Positions 38,532 to 48,896 of a stretch of DNA of 64,000 bases are shown here, one piece after another. How positions within the stretch are numbered: position 1 is the stretch's first letter; each line of letters begins with the position of its first letter. The position numbers and the translations under genes are program-made. Where the stretch lies: the NCBI GenBank assembly GCA_002497245.1, contig DANB01000011.1:60612-124611 (forward strand). The letters are read 5' to 3'. The stretch is from Euryarchaeota archaeon UBA439. Its GTDB lineage: Archaea > Thermoplasmatota > Poseidoniia > Poseidoniales > Thalassarchaeaceae. The notes below the pieces were generated by a model. That model was not told the DNA's origin. It ran no database searches and saw only the letters and a list, made by a program, of their open reading frames with translations.

Positions 38532-40637
38532 TTATGGCCTTTGAGAATCTACTCCCCAGAGCTTATTCACAATAATAACAAATAATGATAAAAATACAAA
38601 GACTAACAAAACTGTTTGTATTGGTTTTTGCCAAGATGGTTCAACTGGAATGTTAGATTCAATATTTATTTGACCATTCTCTCCTGCACTCTCACTCTGC
38701 CACTTAAAGTATGTACTGATCGGAGTCGAACTGCTCAACTCAAAACTCAATTCTACATCGAAATATCCGGGAGAGTTAGAATTTGCAGCGGGCACTCCAA
38801 CGAATGGCCCACATTGACTATCTACACAAAACTGCCCAGACCCAGATGATGCTCTATTATTTTTCAGAGATGCTGAAAATAAAACCGTGTTCCCCTCAAT
38901 TAGTTTACCATCAATTTCGGTAGAAATCAATTCAATATCTACACCCAAACTTGGAGAAATTGCTAATCCAAATGCAAGATTCTGATGATTCAAAGAAGAA
39001 TCATATGCATCTATACTAAAGACATGAGTCCCAGAAGTAAACGGTCCAAGAGTCATTTTATCTATTTGATTCATTGTAACATTATCAAGAATTATTCCAT
39101 TATCAATTGATAAAGACCACCTGGTATCATTAATTGAATCTAAATCGTCAAAAGACTGTTGTAGAGAGATTGTAATTAAATCCCCCTCTCTAGCTAGATT
39201 ATTAGATGAAATCGATTGATTATTGATTATTAAGTCGGGAACTATTGTTGGCCCTATACCATCCAAAACAATTATTTCCCATTCTTCATAAATCGTATTT
39301 CCGGCATCATCAGAAATTGTCAGATTAACTGACCATGATGTAGGGGGCTTAGCTTTATGACGTTCAGAAAGATTTAGATGAAGCCCGTTTACATTATCAT
39401 TTTGATAAAATGCATCGGAGAAATCAAGATTATTTACATCTCTATGAATATAATTAGGAGTCTTATTTGATATAATTTTAATATCCACAGGTGATTCAGA
39501 ATTAGGGTCATTTGCTGAAATATTAAATGAAATACTTGTATCTGATTTAACTGCTATAGATTGATTAATATCAAATGTGATTATCTCATTATTTTCATTT
39601 ATGTAAGAGATTACTGATTCCCAAGTTGGGAAAATAGAATCAATTACTATCTCCTCATACCATGTATCTGTAACATTAAACCAATCTTTACAATACATAG
39701 CTATGCTAGCAACATCTCCTTCTTGAAAACCATAATCTTGAGAAATGAAACTTAGATTAGAGCCATAGTGCGTCAAAACAAGAGTATCATTATTTGACAA
39801 TGTCCACCATTGTTGATTATTATCTAAAGTACTATCATCACATTCTCCATAATATAATGTATTAGAGGTTAAAGTAATCATTGTTCCAGTTGAAGTTCTG
39901 TAACCCAAAGCATTGGGCATTTGATTATTAGAAATTGTTACTCGAATATTACTTGCAACATTTGCTTCAGAGCGATTTACAATAAATTCACCGGGTTCTC
40001 CAGAAAATATTTCTCCCATTGCACTATATGTGTATTCCCAATCTGCTGGAAGAAAAATCATTAACGGAACTTCTTCAACTAATGAACCGACCCTGGGGAA
40101 ATCAATAATTCTAGTAACACGACTATCTGTATGCCCTATCAAATCAGTTGACTCATTCCACCCCCATGTGGAGTTTTCTAATTCTATTGGACCTGCCACT
40201 ACTTTAGACGTAAGTAAATTAACTCCTTGGGGCGAATAAAGAGGATTATAATCAAAAATACAGCAACCACCATTTTCAGAATTGGTCCAGTTTCTTTCTG
40301 TACGAAATAATTGGTCAAATAAATCTGATTCATTTGAATCAATAAAGCCATCAGAGTTTCCTAGATGGATATCAATTTGAGCCCTAAGTCCTAATTCCGA
40401 ATTCAGAAGAAGATCGGTTCCAATCTGATCAGAGAGGATTATAGATGACTCCCAAGAGGCATTAAATTCTGAATTAACTTCTATTTCATCTTCTATAATA
40501 AATTTCGAATAACCTGTAATTGAAGAAAGAATATCTTCATCACTAATATTTTGATCAGCTGTAGCACTAACAGAAGTGTTATTCAAGCTAAAAATAACTA
40601 GGAATACCAATAAAAATGATAATGTATTTTTGTTCAT
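38532..40637 (-). CDS. Large secreted/cell-surface protein (signal peptide plus C-terminal TM anchor), heavily N-sequon-rich
   Basis: Signal-like N-terminus MNKNTLSFLLVFLVIFSL, many N-x-S/T sites, and a C-terminal hydrophobic helix with a short basic tail. Only 4 nt downstream of the GHMP kinase gene. Confidence 0.6.
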   Translation of the reverse strand: MNKNTLSFLLVFLVIFSLNNTSVSATADQNISDEDILSSITGYSKFIIEDEIEVNSEFNASWESSIILSDQIGTDLLLNSELGLRAQIDIHLGNSDGFIDSNESDLFDQLFRTERNWTNSENGGCCIFDYNPLYSPQGVNLLTSKVVAGPIELENSTWGWNESTDLIGHTDSRVTRIIDFPRVGSLVEEVPLMIFLPADWEYTYSAMGEIFSGEPGEFIVNRSEANVASNIRVTISNNQMPNALGYRTSTGTMITLTSNTLYYGECDDSTLDNNQQWWTLSNNDTLVLTHYGSNLSFISQDYGFQEGDVASIAMYCKDWFNVTDTWYEEIVIDSIFPTWESVISYINENNEIITFDINQSIAVKSDTSISFNISANDPNSESPVDIKIISNKTPNYIHRDVNNLDFSDAFYQNDNVNGLHLNLSERHKAKPPTSWSVNLTISDDAGNTIYEEWEIIVLDGIGPTIVPDLIINNQSISSNNLAREGDLITISLQQSFDDLDSINDTRWSLSIDNGIILDNVTMNQIDKMTLGPFTSGTHVFSIDAYDSSLNHQNLAFGLAISPSLGVDIELISTEIDGKLIEGNTVLFSASLKNNRASSGSGQFCVDSQCGPFVGVPAANSNSPGYFDVELSFELSSSTPISTYFKWQSESAGENGQINIESNIPVEPSWQKPIQTVLLVFVFLSLFVIIVNKLWGVDSQRP

Positions 40638-40641
40638 CTTT

Positions 40642-41652
40642 TCACACTCTTGAATCATTAAAAATGATTGATGAACCATTAAAGTCAATGTTCAGAGGTA
40701 ACATTCTATGCTCAGAAGAGAACTCAGATTGTAATTTTTCACGAAGTTGTGGGTCTCCATGGACAAGGAAGAATCCTCCGCCTCCAGCACCTAATAATTT
40801 AGCCCCATTAGCACCATTAGACATTATTCGGCTATACATCTCATCAAGAAAATCGTTGCTTACATTTGAAGAAATACCTCTTTTCATGGACCATGCTTCA
40901 TTGAGAAGAATACCTAGTTTTGATAATTCTCCTGAAGAAAGGAAATTTCTCGCTTCATCTGCCTGTTCCCTTATTCTAATTAGATTATCAATGGCAGATT
41001 TCCCCTCTTCTTCAGAATTTAATAGTACAGCAGAAGCAGAACGATTCTGACCAGTGAAGATAAGAGTGAATTCATCTGAAATATTCAACTGTGTTTTCTC
41101 AGAAATATTAATTGGATCAACGATTACATTTCCATCGGGACAGAACCTGATTGAGTTTATCCCGCCGAAAGATGCAGCGTATTGATCTTGTCTACCAATA
41201 GGCTGACCCAGTATCTTAATCTCAATTTCACATGCTTCAGATGCCAATTGAGATGCCGAAACATTTCGCCCGGCGAAACAATGTAAAGCATTTAGCAAAC
41301 CTACAGTGACTGCAGAAGAAGAACCTAAACCGGTCCCTCTAGATGGAATATCGGCTATTGTAGTGATTTCAACTCCAGAAGTAACACCAGTTATTCTCAT
41401 CGATTCACGAACTAATTCATGTTCAAGGTCTTCAAAATTGTCTACAACTTCTAACTTTGAATAAGATAATCTAATTCTTTCATCAAAACGCCTATTGACA
41501 ATTACGTGAATGTATCGATCAATGGCAAGAGATGTAACCATTCCGCCCTTTTCAGAGGTCTTAGAGAACCAATCTACGTCGGTTCCACCGCCACAAAATG
41601 AAACTCGAACTGGCGTCCGACTGATTATCATCATGCTTATGGGATAATTCAT
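40642..41652 (-). CDS. GHMP-family sugar kinase (HddA/fucokinase-like)
   Basis: N-terminal RTPVRVSFCGGGTD (cf. HddA RAPLRISxAGGGTD) and GHMP motif PSRGTGLGSSSA. Confidence 0.6.
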   Translation of the reverse strand: MNYPISMMIISRTPVRVSFCGGGTDVDWFSKTSEKGGMVTSLAIDRYIHVIVNRRFDERIRLSYSKLEVVDNFEDLEHELVRESMRITGVTSGVEITTIADIPSRGTGLGSSSAVTVGLLNALHCFAGRNVSASQLASEACEIEIKILGQPIGRQDQYAASFGGINSIRFCPDGNVIVDPINISEKTQLNISDEFTLIFTGQNRSASAVLLNSEEEGKSAIDNLIRIREQADEARNFLSSGELSKLGILLNEAWSMKRGISSNVSNDFLDEMYSRIMSNGANGAKLLGAGGGGFFLVHGDPQLREKLQSEFSSEHRMLPLNIDFNGSSIIFNDSRV

Positions 41653-41747
41653 TACTCATCAAGACAGCGGAATACGGTCATCAAAGGTTATACTTAGAGG
41701 GCAATACATATGACCGACTTCTGACGCGATTAACTAGGGGAACGAGT

Positions 41748-42680
41748 ATGGGCGACCTTATCACGATGGATGATTTAACAAATGAAGAGATATTGCAAGT
41801 ACTTGATAATGCAAGAAGGTTATTGCCGGTTGCCAAAGGTGAAGCATACTTGCCTTTACTTCAAGGGAAGGTTTTAGGAAATCTATTCTTTGAGAATTCC
41901 ACACGTACTCGAATGTCATTTGAAACTGCTATGAAAAGATTAGGTGGTGAAGTTTTGAATCTAAGTTCCATTGGCTCTTCAGTAGCGAAAGGTGAAACTC
42001 TGTATGATACTATGCAGATGGTAGATGGATACGCAGATATCGCCGTCATTAGACATCCCAACCAAGGGGCTGCTCAATATAGTGCAGATGCTGTTGAAAT
42101 ACCAGTTTTAAATGGTGGAGATGGAGCAGGGAATCATCCAACTCAGACTATGCTAGATTTATTCACAATTCGTGAAGCTCATGGCAGTCTTAAAGATTTG
42201 AATGTAATGATGGTAGGAGACCTTAGATATGGAAGAACAACACATAGCTTATCTCATGCATTAGTCAGATTTGGGGCTAAAATAACTCTAGTTTCGCCTG
42301 ATTCACTTAGAATGCCTGAAGAAATAGTCTCAGATCTGAAGAAACATGGCGGAGATATAAATGAAACAGAAGAAATGTCATCAGCAATTGATTCTGCTGA
42401 TGTAATATATATGACAAGAATACAGAAGGAAAGATTCCCAGATGAAGATGAATACATCAAAGTAGCAGGAATTTATAAATTAACAAAAGATGATCTCTCC
42501 GGAGCTAAAGCAGAAATGATAGTCATGCATCCTCTACCAAGAGTGAATGAATTACATGCTAGTGTTGATTCAACAAGACATGCTAGATATTTCCAGCAAG
42601 CATTTAATGGAGTTCCAACTAGAATGGCTTTACTATGCAGAAGTTTAGGAGTAAAGATTCCAAAGAAGGTGAAGAAATGA
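41748..42680 (+). CDS. pyrB: Aspartate carbamoyltransferase catalytic subunit
   Basis: STRTRMSFE and HPLP motifs. 310 aa. Confidence 0.9.
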   Translation: MGDLITMDDLTNEEILQVLDNARRLLPVAKGEAYLPLLQGKVLGNLFFENSTRTRMSFETAMKRLGGEVLNLSSIGSSVAKGETLYDTMQMVDGYADIAVIRHPNQGAAQYSADAVEIPVLNGGDGAGNHPTQTMLDLFTIREAHGSLKDLNVMMVGDLRYGRTTHSLSHALVRFGAKITLVSPDSLRMPEEIVSDLKKHGGDINETEEMSSAIDSADVIYMTRIQKERFPDEDEYIKVAGIYKLTKDDLSGAKAEMIVMHPLPRVNELHASVDSTRHARYFQQAFNGVPTRMALLCRSLGVKIPKKVKK

Positions 42681-43144
42681 CTGAAATGAGACGTGTAACT
42701 GCAATTTGTAATGGCACTGCAATCGACCATATACCATCAGGTCATGCTTTACAAGTACTGAAAATGTTGAGATTAGATGTTGGAAGATCTAATCCAATTT
42801 CTATGGTAATGAATGCCCCTAGTGGAAAAATGGGTAGAAAAGATGTTTTGAAAATTGAAGATAGGGAATTAAATCAGGAAGAATTGGATCGTTTAGCTCT
42901 TATTGCCCCAAAGGCATCAGTTGCAATTATTCGAAATTATCATGTCGCAGAGAAAAGAACTATCGAACTTGGTTCAGAATTAATAAACATAGTAAGATGT
43001 TCATTTTCAAATTGTATAACTAAAAACTCTCGTGAGCCTTTACCTCATAAATTAAAGATTATTTCTGCAGAACCTATGGAAATACGATGTTCATATTGTG
43101 GAAAGAATCAAGATATCAATGAAATTGTTGATTTTATAATCTAA
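42677..43144 (+). CDS. pyrI: Aspartate carbamoyltransferase regulatory subunit
   Basis: C-terminal zinc domain (CSFSNC...CSYCGK). ATG overlaps the pyrB stop (ATGA). Confidence 0.8.
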   Translation: MTEMRRVTAICNGTAIDHIPSGHALQVLKMLRLDVGRSNPISMVMNAPSGKMGRKDVLKIEDRELNQEELDRLALIAPKASVAIIRNYHVAEKRTIELGSELINIVRCSFSNCITKNSREPLPHKLKIISAEPMEIRCSYCGKNQDINEIVDFII

Positions 43145-44136
43145 TTTTCTTCTAACCAACGTTTCATAGTACAGGCTTGACAAATTTTCCTACTAGTTAT
43201 TTCTCCACATTCCTCACAATTCTTAATTTCTGATTTAATAGGATTGACTTCTTTGTATAACTTACGTATTTGGTCTAAAGAATGCAATAGACCGTGCCTA
43301 GAACCAGGAGTAATTGTTTCCATATCAGCAATTATTCTGCGACTTAATTGCCTCATTGCTCCCGGAGCGTGGGGGCAATCCCCATCATGAATAGGTAAAT
43401 TTGAGGAAATTGCATGAGCATGAATCTCTTGCTCAGGAATCCAGCGCAGAGGAACAACTCTAGGTGCAAGACCCTCGATTGGATCATCAGTATGAGGAGC
43501 CAAACGGACTGATCTCTCGATATTTCCTTTCTGAAAATTCATTATTATTGATTGGGCCATATCATCTAGATTATGCCCCAAAGCCATAATGTCGGCTCCA
43601 ACTTTCTCTGCTAAAGCATTGATTCCTTGTCTTCTAAAAACTCCACAATAAGAACAAGGCATCATACCCTTAGCATCAGGATTATTTTCTCCAATAACAT
43701 CCATTTTATTTACTACATTATCCATCCTATCATAGCCCATTTCTTCATATGACAACGTTTCAAATCTGACATCTAGAGATTCTGAAAGTTCTCTTGCAAG
43801 TTCAAGTGAAGGAGAACGATATCCGTCAATACCCTCGTCTATACAACCAGAAATAATTTCTACATCTCTTCTTTGGCCAATAATATCGACAAGCATACTC
43901 AATAGCACTGCTGAATCCTTGCCTCCTGAAATAGCCACAAATATTCTGAATGGGGTACCATCAGAATGTCGAGCATCTTTGGGTAGGTTAATCTGTAAAC
44001 GTACTTCCTTAGCTACTCTTTTCCTGATTGAAGAAGCTAAATGTTTACCACACAAATGTTGACCACTATATTCCTGAAATAGAATAGATGGTTCCCTACA
44101 TTGACTGCAGGATTGTATCGAGAGCCCCTCGCCCAT
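43141..44136 (-). CDS. ncsA: PP-loop ATPase of the NcsA/TtuA/Ctu1 family (tRNA 2-thiolation)
   Basis: PP-loop SGGKDS flanked by N-terminal (CSQC...C..H) and C-terminal (CEEC...CQAC) zinc fingers. Confidence 0.6.
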   Translation of the reverse strand: MGEGLSIQSCSQCREPSILFQEYSGQHLCGKHLASSIRKRVAKEVRLQINLPKDARHSDGTPFRIFVAISGGKDSAVLLSMLVDIIGQRRDVEIISGCIDEGIDGYRSPSLELARELSESLDVRFETLSYEEMGYDRMDNVVNKMDVIGENNPDAKGMMPCSYCGVFRRQGINALAEKVGADIMALGHNLDDMAQSIIMNFQKGNIERSVRLAPHTDDPIEGLAPRVVPLRWIPEQEIHAHAISSNLPIHDGDCPHAPGAMRQLSRRIIADMETITPGSRHGLLHSLDQIRKLYKEVNPIKSEIKNCEECGEITSRKICQACTMKRWLEEN

Positions 44137-44455
44137 AATGTGCCGTCAAGTATTCTCCGCTTGAACCCAACGAGTCAAAGATAGTGATTAAGCGATGGAT
44201 TGATGACCTCGATGCTCCTGATAGAGGTATGAATGACCACCCCTCCTTAACCAATGGGAAAAAAGTAAGTAGATTTGGTCCTTGGTTACATCGTTTTTTA
44301 GTTTTCATTACTATTTTAATAACAATCTCATTTCAAGAACAAATAGTTCAACTTATACAGCATTTAGATATTGAAAATAATATTATAATCATAGTTATTG
44401 AATTTGCATTAATTATTTCCATCTGGGGAACTCTTCATAAAATGTTACGATTGAG

Positions 44456-45649
44456 TTAGTTTCTAATTTTTGAAAGGCCTGTCTCAATAACTCCGGTAAG
44501 TCTTTGCCACGGAATTACGAATCTTCCGCCAGCAACAACAATCATGAATAATGACGCTGAAATTACTTTACCATAAGTTAGTTGTAATTCTAAAGACTCC
44601 TTTACTTGACCAGACCACTGAGAACCCTCTAAGAATCCGACGAATGAAATTAAGAAATCATCAAATTCAAGAGCGAGAGCTGTTGTTAAACTTACAACAA
44701 TCATTACTCCAAATAGATGTATTAAATGCCCATTAATAATATTATTAAATTGATTGACATATTCTGGATCATTCTTTGATGCTTCGGGAAGTACAGAAGT
44801 ATACTCGAGATTTGTTATTACTGCTAATCCAGATTCTAAAAATACCAATAATAGTATAGCCACTGTCAATAAATCAAAAGCTAATGGAGAAATTAATCCC
44901 CCAAACAAGGTCGCTTCACCAATCTGAGCAGATAGGGGTCTCAATCCAACATCTACTGCGGTAGTTACTCCTTCAAATGTCAACATTGCATGGATTCCAA
45001 TAACCATCAAAAAGTAACCAGTAGCCCATGTAATCATCCTCTTAGAAAGACCCCAAATTCCCATCAAACCTATAAGAATTGGAGCGAAAACAATACCAAA
45101 AAAGATTAGTTCAAAGAAAAACTCGAACGGGGCTAAAACTAATTCGATATGATTATATTGATCGTCAGCATTTCCTATTGGAAGATAAGGGCCATATGAA
45201 ACCATGCCTATCAACCAAGAAATTAGGAATGGAAGGAGGAACCAAGAGGCCAGAATTATACTTAATGTTCTTTTGATAATTAATTGAGTTCTTTCTCCGC
45301 GTGTTTGCACGAATACCCATAATGCAGTCAAAACAAAACATAGTATCAAAGGCATAGTAAACGCATCAAAACCAGATTCATTAATTCCAGTAATAAAATT
45401 AGGAAGAATAGTATTTCCATTAGATTCCATCCATCTCAAACCTCTAGTATGTTCATATGCTGGACACCAACCATCTGAACCGGAGTTTGCGACAAACTTG
45501 TCGGAACATTCACCATACAATTTACTCATTTTTTGCATTAAAAATAATAGAGAAATTGTAGATAAAGTTTGTAATAGAAGTACTTGCCATCTAAAACGTA
45601 ATTTCTTGATATGGAGGGTTTTTGATTCTGGTACTACATCGATTGCCAT
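44456..45649 (-). CDS. Polytopic integral membrane protein (hypothetical), last gene of DUF58 operon
   Basis: At least 9 hydrophobic helices. 13-nt gap from the upstream DUF58 gene. Confidence 0.5.
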   Translation of the reverse strand: MAIDVVPESKTLHIKKLRFRWQVLLLQTLSTISLLFLMQKMSKLYGECSDKFVANSGSDGWCPAYEHTRGLRWMESNGNTILPNFITGINESGFDAFTMPLILCFVLTALWVFVQTRGERTQLIIKRTLSIILASWFLLPFLISWLIGMVSYGPYLPIGNADDQYNHIELVLAPFEFFFELIFFGIVFAPILIGLMGIWGLSKRMITWATGYFLMVIGIHAMLTFEGVTTAVDVGLRPLSAQIGEATLFGGLISPLAFDLLTVAILLLVFLESGLAVITNLEYTSVLPEASKNDPEYVNQFNNIINGHLIHLFGVMIVVSLTTALALEFDDFLISFVGFLEGSQWSGQVKESLELQLTYGKVISASLFMIVVAGGRFVIPWQRLTGVIETGLSKIRN

Positions 45650-45662
45650 ATTTTTAACCTCC

Positions 45663-46916
45663 CTATACTGTCCTTATTTGCAATAATGCTTGAGATAATT
45701 CAACACTGGGTGTCCAATCTATTACTTTGGCCCCATAGCCTGAAATAGCAGTCAATCGATTTTGTCTTTCCAATTTTAAAACTTCATAGGCCATTCTTGG
45801 AATCCTACTTACAAGCCTCTCAAGATCAATACTACTTGGAGATAAAACAATTACCTCATGGCCCTTACCTGAAAGATTTCTAATTGCAGATAAAGTAGTC
45901 CCATCTCCTTCGAGACTACTAATAATAAATACAGGAGAGCCTCTAGAAATTCTTGGTGAGAGAGCATTAGTTACTGCTTGTAAAGGCATACTCCCTTTCG
46001 ATTCAACTGCAGCCAATTGGCTTAGAACTTTGTAATGTTGCTTATCTCCGGTTTCAGGAGGAAGAAAATCCATTCTTTCACCATAGGTAACCAAAGAAAC
46101 CGAATCTCTTCTCTTGATGAAATAATTGGCGATTGAAGCAGCGGCTACTGTACCCATTTCTAATGGATTCTTTAGCACAGTTCCAATTCTTGCTACGTCA
46201 CGGGTATCGAGAATGATGAAAACGTCTGTTACTGCATCTCTAGTCTTCTCATTAACCATTAATTCCCCAGTTCTAGCAAAAGCTTTCCAATTAATTGAAC
46301 GGAAGGAATCGCCGGGGAAATATTCTCTCAACGCATAAAATTCCATTCCTTGGCCAGGCGTTTTTAGAGTTGTAGCTCCAGTATACATCTTTGGAACATC
46401 AGAACGAATCAAAGCCTCTTCAACATCTCTAACTTGAGGGAATACAGTGATATCTGATCTATCTCCAATACTAGTTTCGGAAACAAATAAATTGAATGTA
46501 TTACGATACCTAATAGATGTCGGACCTATGGTATAGTGCCCCCTTAATGGGCAGCGAACAGTATAACGAATCGTGGCCGTTTGTCCGGGTCCTAGGTTCA
46601 TTCTCATTAGATTGATACCTTTTCTCATTTTCATCTCATGAGGTACATTATCAAAAACCTCTAACTGTTGTGTACGTCGATATGATTTATTTGTTATAGT
46701 TAATACAACATTTATGTCATCTCCTTTGTAAACATTGACAGCAGAAACTTCTCTTTTTATTTCTAAATCTGAATGACCCTCAACCCACCCGTTAATTGCT
46801 AAGAATGAAACGAAAGTCAGACCTACAATCATTAATTGGAAATTAGAAATCATCATACCTATTAGAATCAAGCTTATTCCGCTTGTAAGAATGATAGCAG
46901 CTTTACGAGTCCACAT
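45663..46916 (-). CDS. DUF58-family protein (VWA-like fold, MoxR-system-associated), N-terminal TM anchored
   Basis: Conserved DUF58 block GQGMEFYALREYFPGDSFRSINWKAFARTGELMVNE. Start overlaps the stop of the upstream gene by 14 nt. Confidence 0.7.
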   Translation of the reverse strand: MWTRKAAIILTSGISLILIGMMISNFQLMIVGLTFVSFLAINGWVEGHSDLEIKREVSAVNVYKGDDINVVLTITNKSYRRTQQLEVFDNVPHEMKMRKGINLMRMNLGPGQTATIRYTVRCPLRGHYTIGPTSIRYRNTFNLFVSETSIGDRSDITVFPQVRDVEEALIRSDVPKMYTGATTLKTPGQGMEFYALREYFPGDSFRSINWKAFARTGELMVNEKTRDAVTDVFIILDTRDVARIGTVLKNPLEMGTVAAASIANYFIKRRDSVSLVTYGERMDFLPPETGDKQHYKVLSQLAAVESKGSMPLQAVTNALSPRISRGSPVFIISSLEGDGTTLSAIRNLSGKGHEVIVLSPSSIDLERLVSRIPRMAYEVLKLERQNRLTAISGYGAKVIDWTPSVELSQALLQIRTV

Positions 46917-48567
46917 ATTCTACCTCCTCTTCAGAATTAGTTGAACCCCACTCCTTGATTCGTTTCACGATTCCAACCAATTCATCGGGCTTATATCTTC
47001 TATCCTCAAAAATGAATTTGGTTAATACTTGGTCATCAATCATTCTTTGTAATTCAGCAGCGGGAAGCGCATCAAACTCTTCTCTTGAAAGCGTATTTAG
47101 ATTTCTTATCCTCGTAAGTAATACCTGCCTTATTTTTTCAGGTTTTTGATAATATTCATACCTCCTAGCATCTCCAAAACCATAGTAAATTATTCTGAAT
47201 ACATGTCTCCAGTTTTCAGGGTCTTCTTTACGAATTAGAACCGCCTCTAAAGTAACGAATAAACCAAGGAATAGTAGTAACATAGCCATCCAATCATTAG
47301 TGAAATAAATCAATAAATAATACATTAAGTTATATGTATCTCCGAATAATGTAGGTTGTTGATGTCTTGATTCATCAAAAATTACAATCGCATTTGAAGT
47401 ACTTTTGGCACTTGAGTTACCAATCAATAAAGATTCAGCAATAATGTCGAGTGCCCACTTTCTATTATCATTTGAAGGAACAACATCGTCTACCCCTGAG
47501 TAAAATGCATCATCATACAATGAATTAGTTAATACTGAACCATCTGCAACAAAATGTACTCTTCCAGAATCTGCCCCTACACACAAACGATCTGCACAAT
47601 AACGAACATAAACAGCAAATGGACCTACTTCGTCTCCATCAATTCCAAATGCAGAAGAACCAATCGTGAGATTGCCGTCATCATTAGTATCTAGATATGA
47701 ATCAAGAGTAGATTTCCCTATATCATATCTATTTTCTACCGGATTATAAGAACCTGCATTGAAAGCAGATGGTTGGTTGGTCAACAAATTATAATTCTCG
47801 GAGAAATCCCATTGTGTTTCAGATATCCATCTGTGAGAGCACAATCCTGCATCTTCCCGAGTAATCCCTGCTGGAAATGTTGTAATATCATAAGGATCAG
47901 TATCTAGTAAATCAATAAAACCATCAGTATCTGTATCTCTAAGACATGGATGAATGCTTGATAAAGAACCAGAATTGGTAGTGAAATTGAAGGCTGATGT
48001 AGTATTTACCCAAATGAAATTGTAATCTAATTCTGTAGCATATGCTTCTCCATCATACAAAGTATGGCCTGAAAATTCTAATCCAAACTGTTCGGCTAAA
48101 GTTGAAGAGTAGCCTTTATCATCCATCAGAAGTACTGTACCTCCTGCTTCAACGAATTCATCGATAGCAAGTATCTCAGAAGTTGTGTAGCCCGAACCCT
48201 CGGATAATTCAATTACATTTTCATCACCTGTAAATCTAGGCAATGAAATAGTATCTTTCTCTACACCAGATATAATGAAAATAGCTTCTTCGGGATGGTC
48301 TATCTCACTCAATAATAGAGGACTTGATACCAATGCAGTTGTATCTACTCCCATGCTATTTATCTCAGCTCTAAACAAACCGAGATCGTTCCAGTCATCT
48401 CCATATGCTGATTGCTGTGTTTGACCATCTGTGACGTAAGTTGCAGCTATTGTAGAAATTAAAAGAATTAATAAAATCCAAAAAGCTCCAATCAACATAT
48501 TACGACGTGCTTTCAGGGTAGTTAATCTACGAGTATAATCGCGAAAATTGGCCATCCTATACCCCAC
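46903..48567 (-). CDS. Membrane protein with large extracytoplasmic domain between N- and C-terminal TM helices (DUF4350/GldG-like?)
   Basis: N-terminal TM, then ~400 aa containing AIDEFVEAGGTVLLMDD, then a second TM and a ~130-aa charged cytoplasmic tail. Confidence 0.45.
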   Translation of the reverse strand: MGYRMANFRDYTRRLTTLKARRNMLIGAFWILLILLISTIAATYVTDGQTQQSAYGDDWNDLGLFRAEINSMGVDTTALVSSPLLLSEIDHPEEAIFIISGVEKDTISLPRFTGDENVIELSEGSGYTTSEILAIDEFVEAGGTVLLMDDKGYSSTLAEQFGLEFSGHTLYDGEAYATELDYNFIWVNTTSAFNFTTNSGSLSSIHPCLRDTDTDGFIDLLDTDPYDITTFPAGITREDAGLCSHRWISETQWDFSENYNLLTNQPSAFNAGSYNPVENRYDIGKSTLDSYLDTNDDGNLTIGSSAFGIDGDEVGPFAVYVRYCADRLCVGADSGRVHFVADGSVLTNSLYDDAFYSGVDDVVPSNDNRKWALDIIAESLLIGNSSAKSTSNAIVIFDESRHQQPTLFGDTYNLMYYLLIYFTNDWMAMLLLFLGLFVTLEAVLIRKEDPENWRHVFRIIYYGFGDARRYEYYQKPEKIRQVLLTRIRNLNTLSREEFDALPAAELQRMIDDQVLTKFIFEDRRYKPDELVGIVKRIKEWGSTNSEEEVEYVDS

Positions 48568-48643
48568 CTAGTCTATACGACAAAAATCGAGCCTGAACTT
48601 CGACTTAAGATGGTTGTGAACGAATGAACGGTTATGCATCATG

Positions 48644-48886
48644 CTATTCTGATAGTTTAATTACCTTGCCAACACTATCAATCTCTTCAACTGGAACTGA
48701 TAAAAGACCATTTACAGTAGGCCATGGAAGAAGTTGAGGATTGATATCTGGTTCAATCATAACCAGAATATTAGTTATCTGTCCATTTTCAATATCAATA
48801 GTAAAATCTGTAACGCTACCCAATCTATCATCTGCACTATCATGAACTTCACGATTAATGATTTCTCTTCCGAATGTTACCGGCAT
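48644..48886 (-). CDS. PRC-barrel domain protein
   Basis: About 80 aa core (DSADDRLGSVTDFTIDIENGQITNILVM) typical of archaeal PRC-barrel proteins. Start set at the internal Met. The longer ORF to 48955 would overlap Cdc48. Confidence 0.5.
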   Translation of the reverse strand: MPVTFGREIINREVHDSADDRLGSVTDFTIDIENGQITNILVMIEPDINPQLLPWPTVNGLLSVPVEEIDSVGKVIKLSE

Positions 48887-48896
48887 TTTATTTCCC

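Noticed and set aside
44190-44260. Possible C/D-box sRNA (UGAUGA ... CUGA ... UGAAUGA)
   Set aside because: The C box has U rather than R at the first position, and no terminal D box (CUGA) or terminal stem follows. Likely chance motifs.
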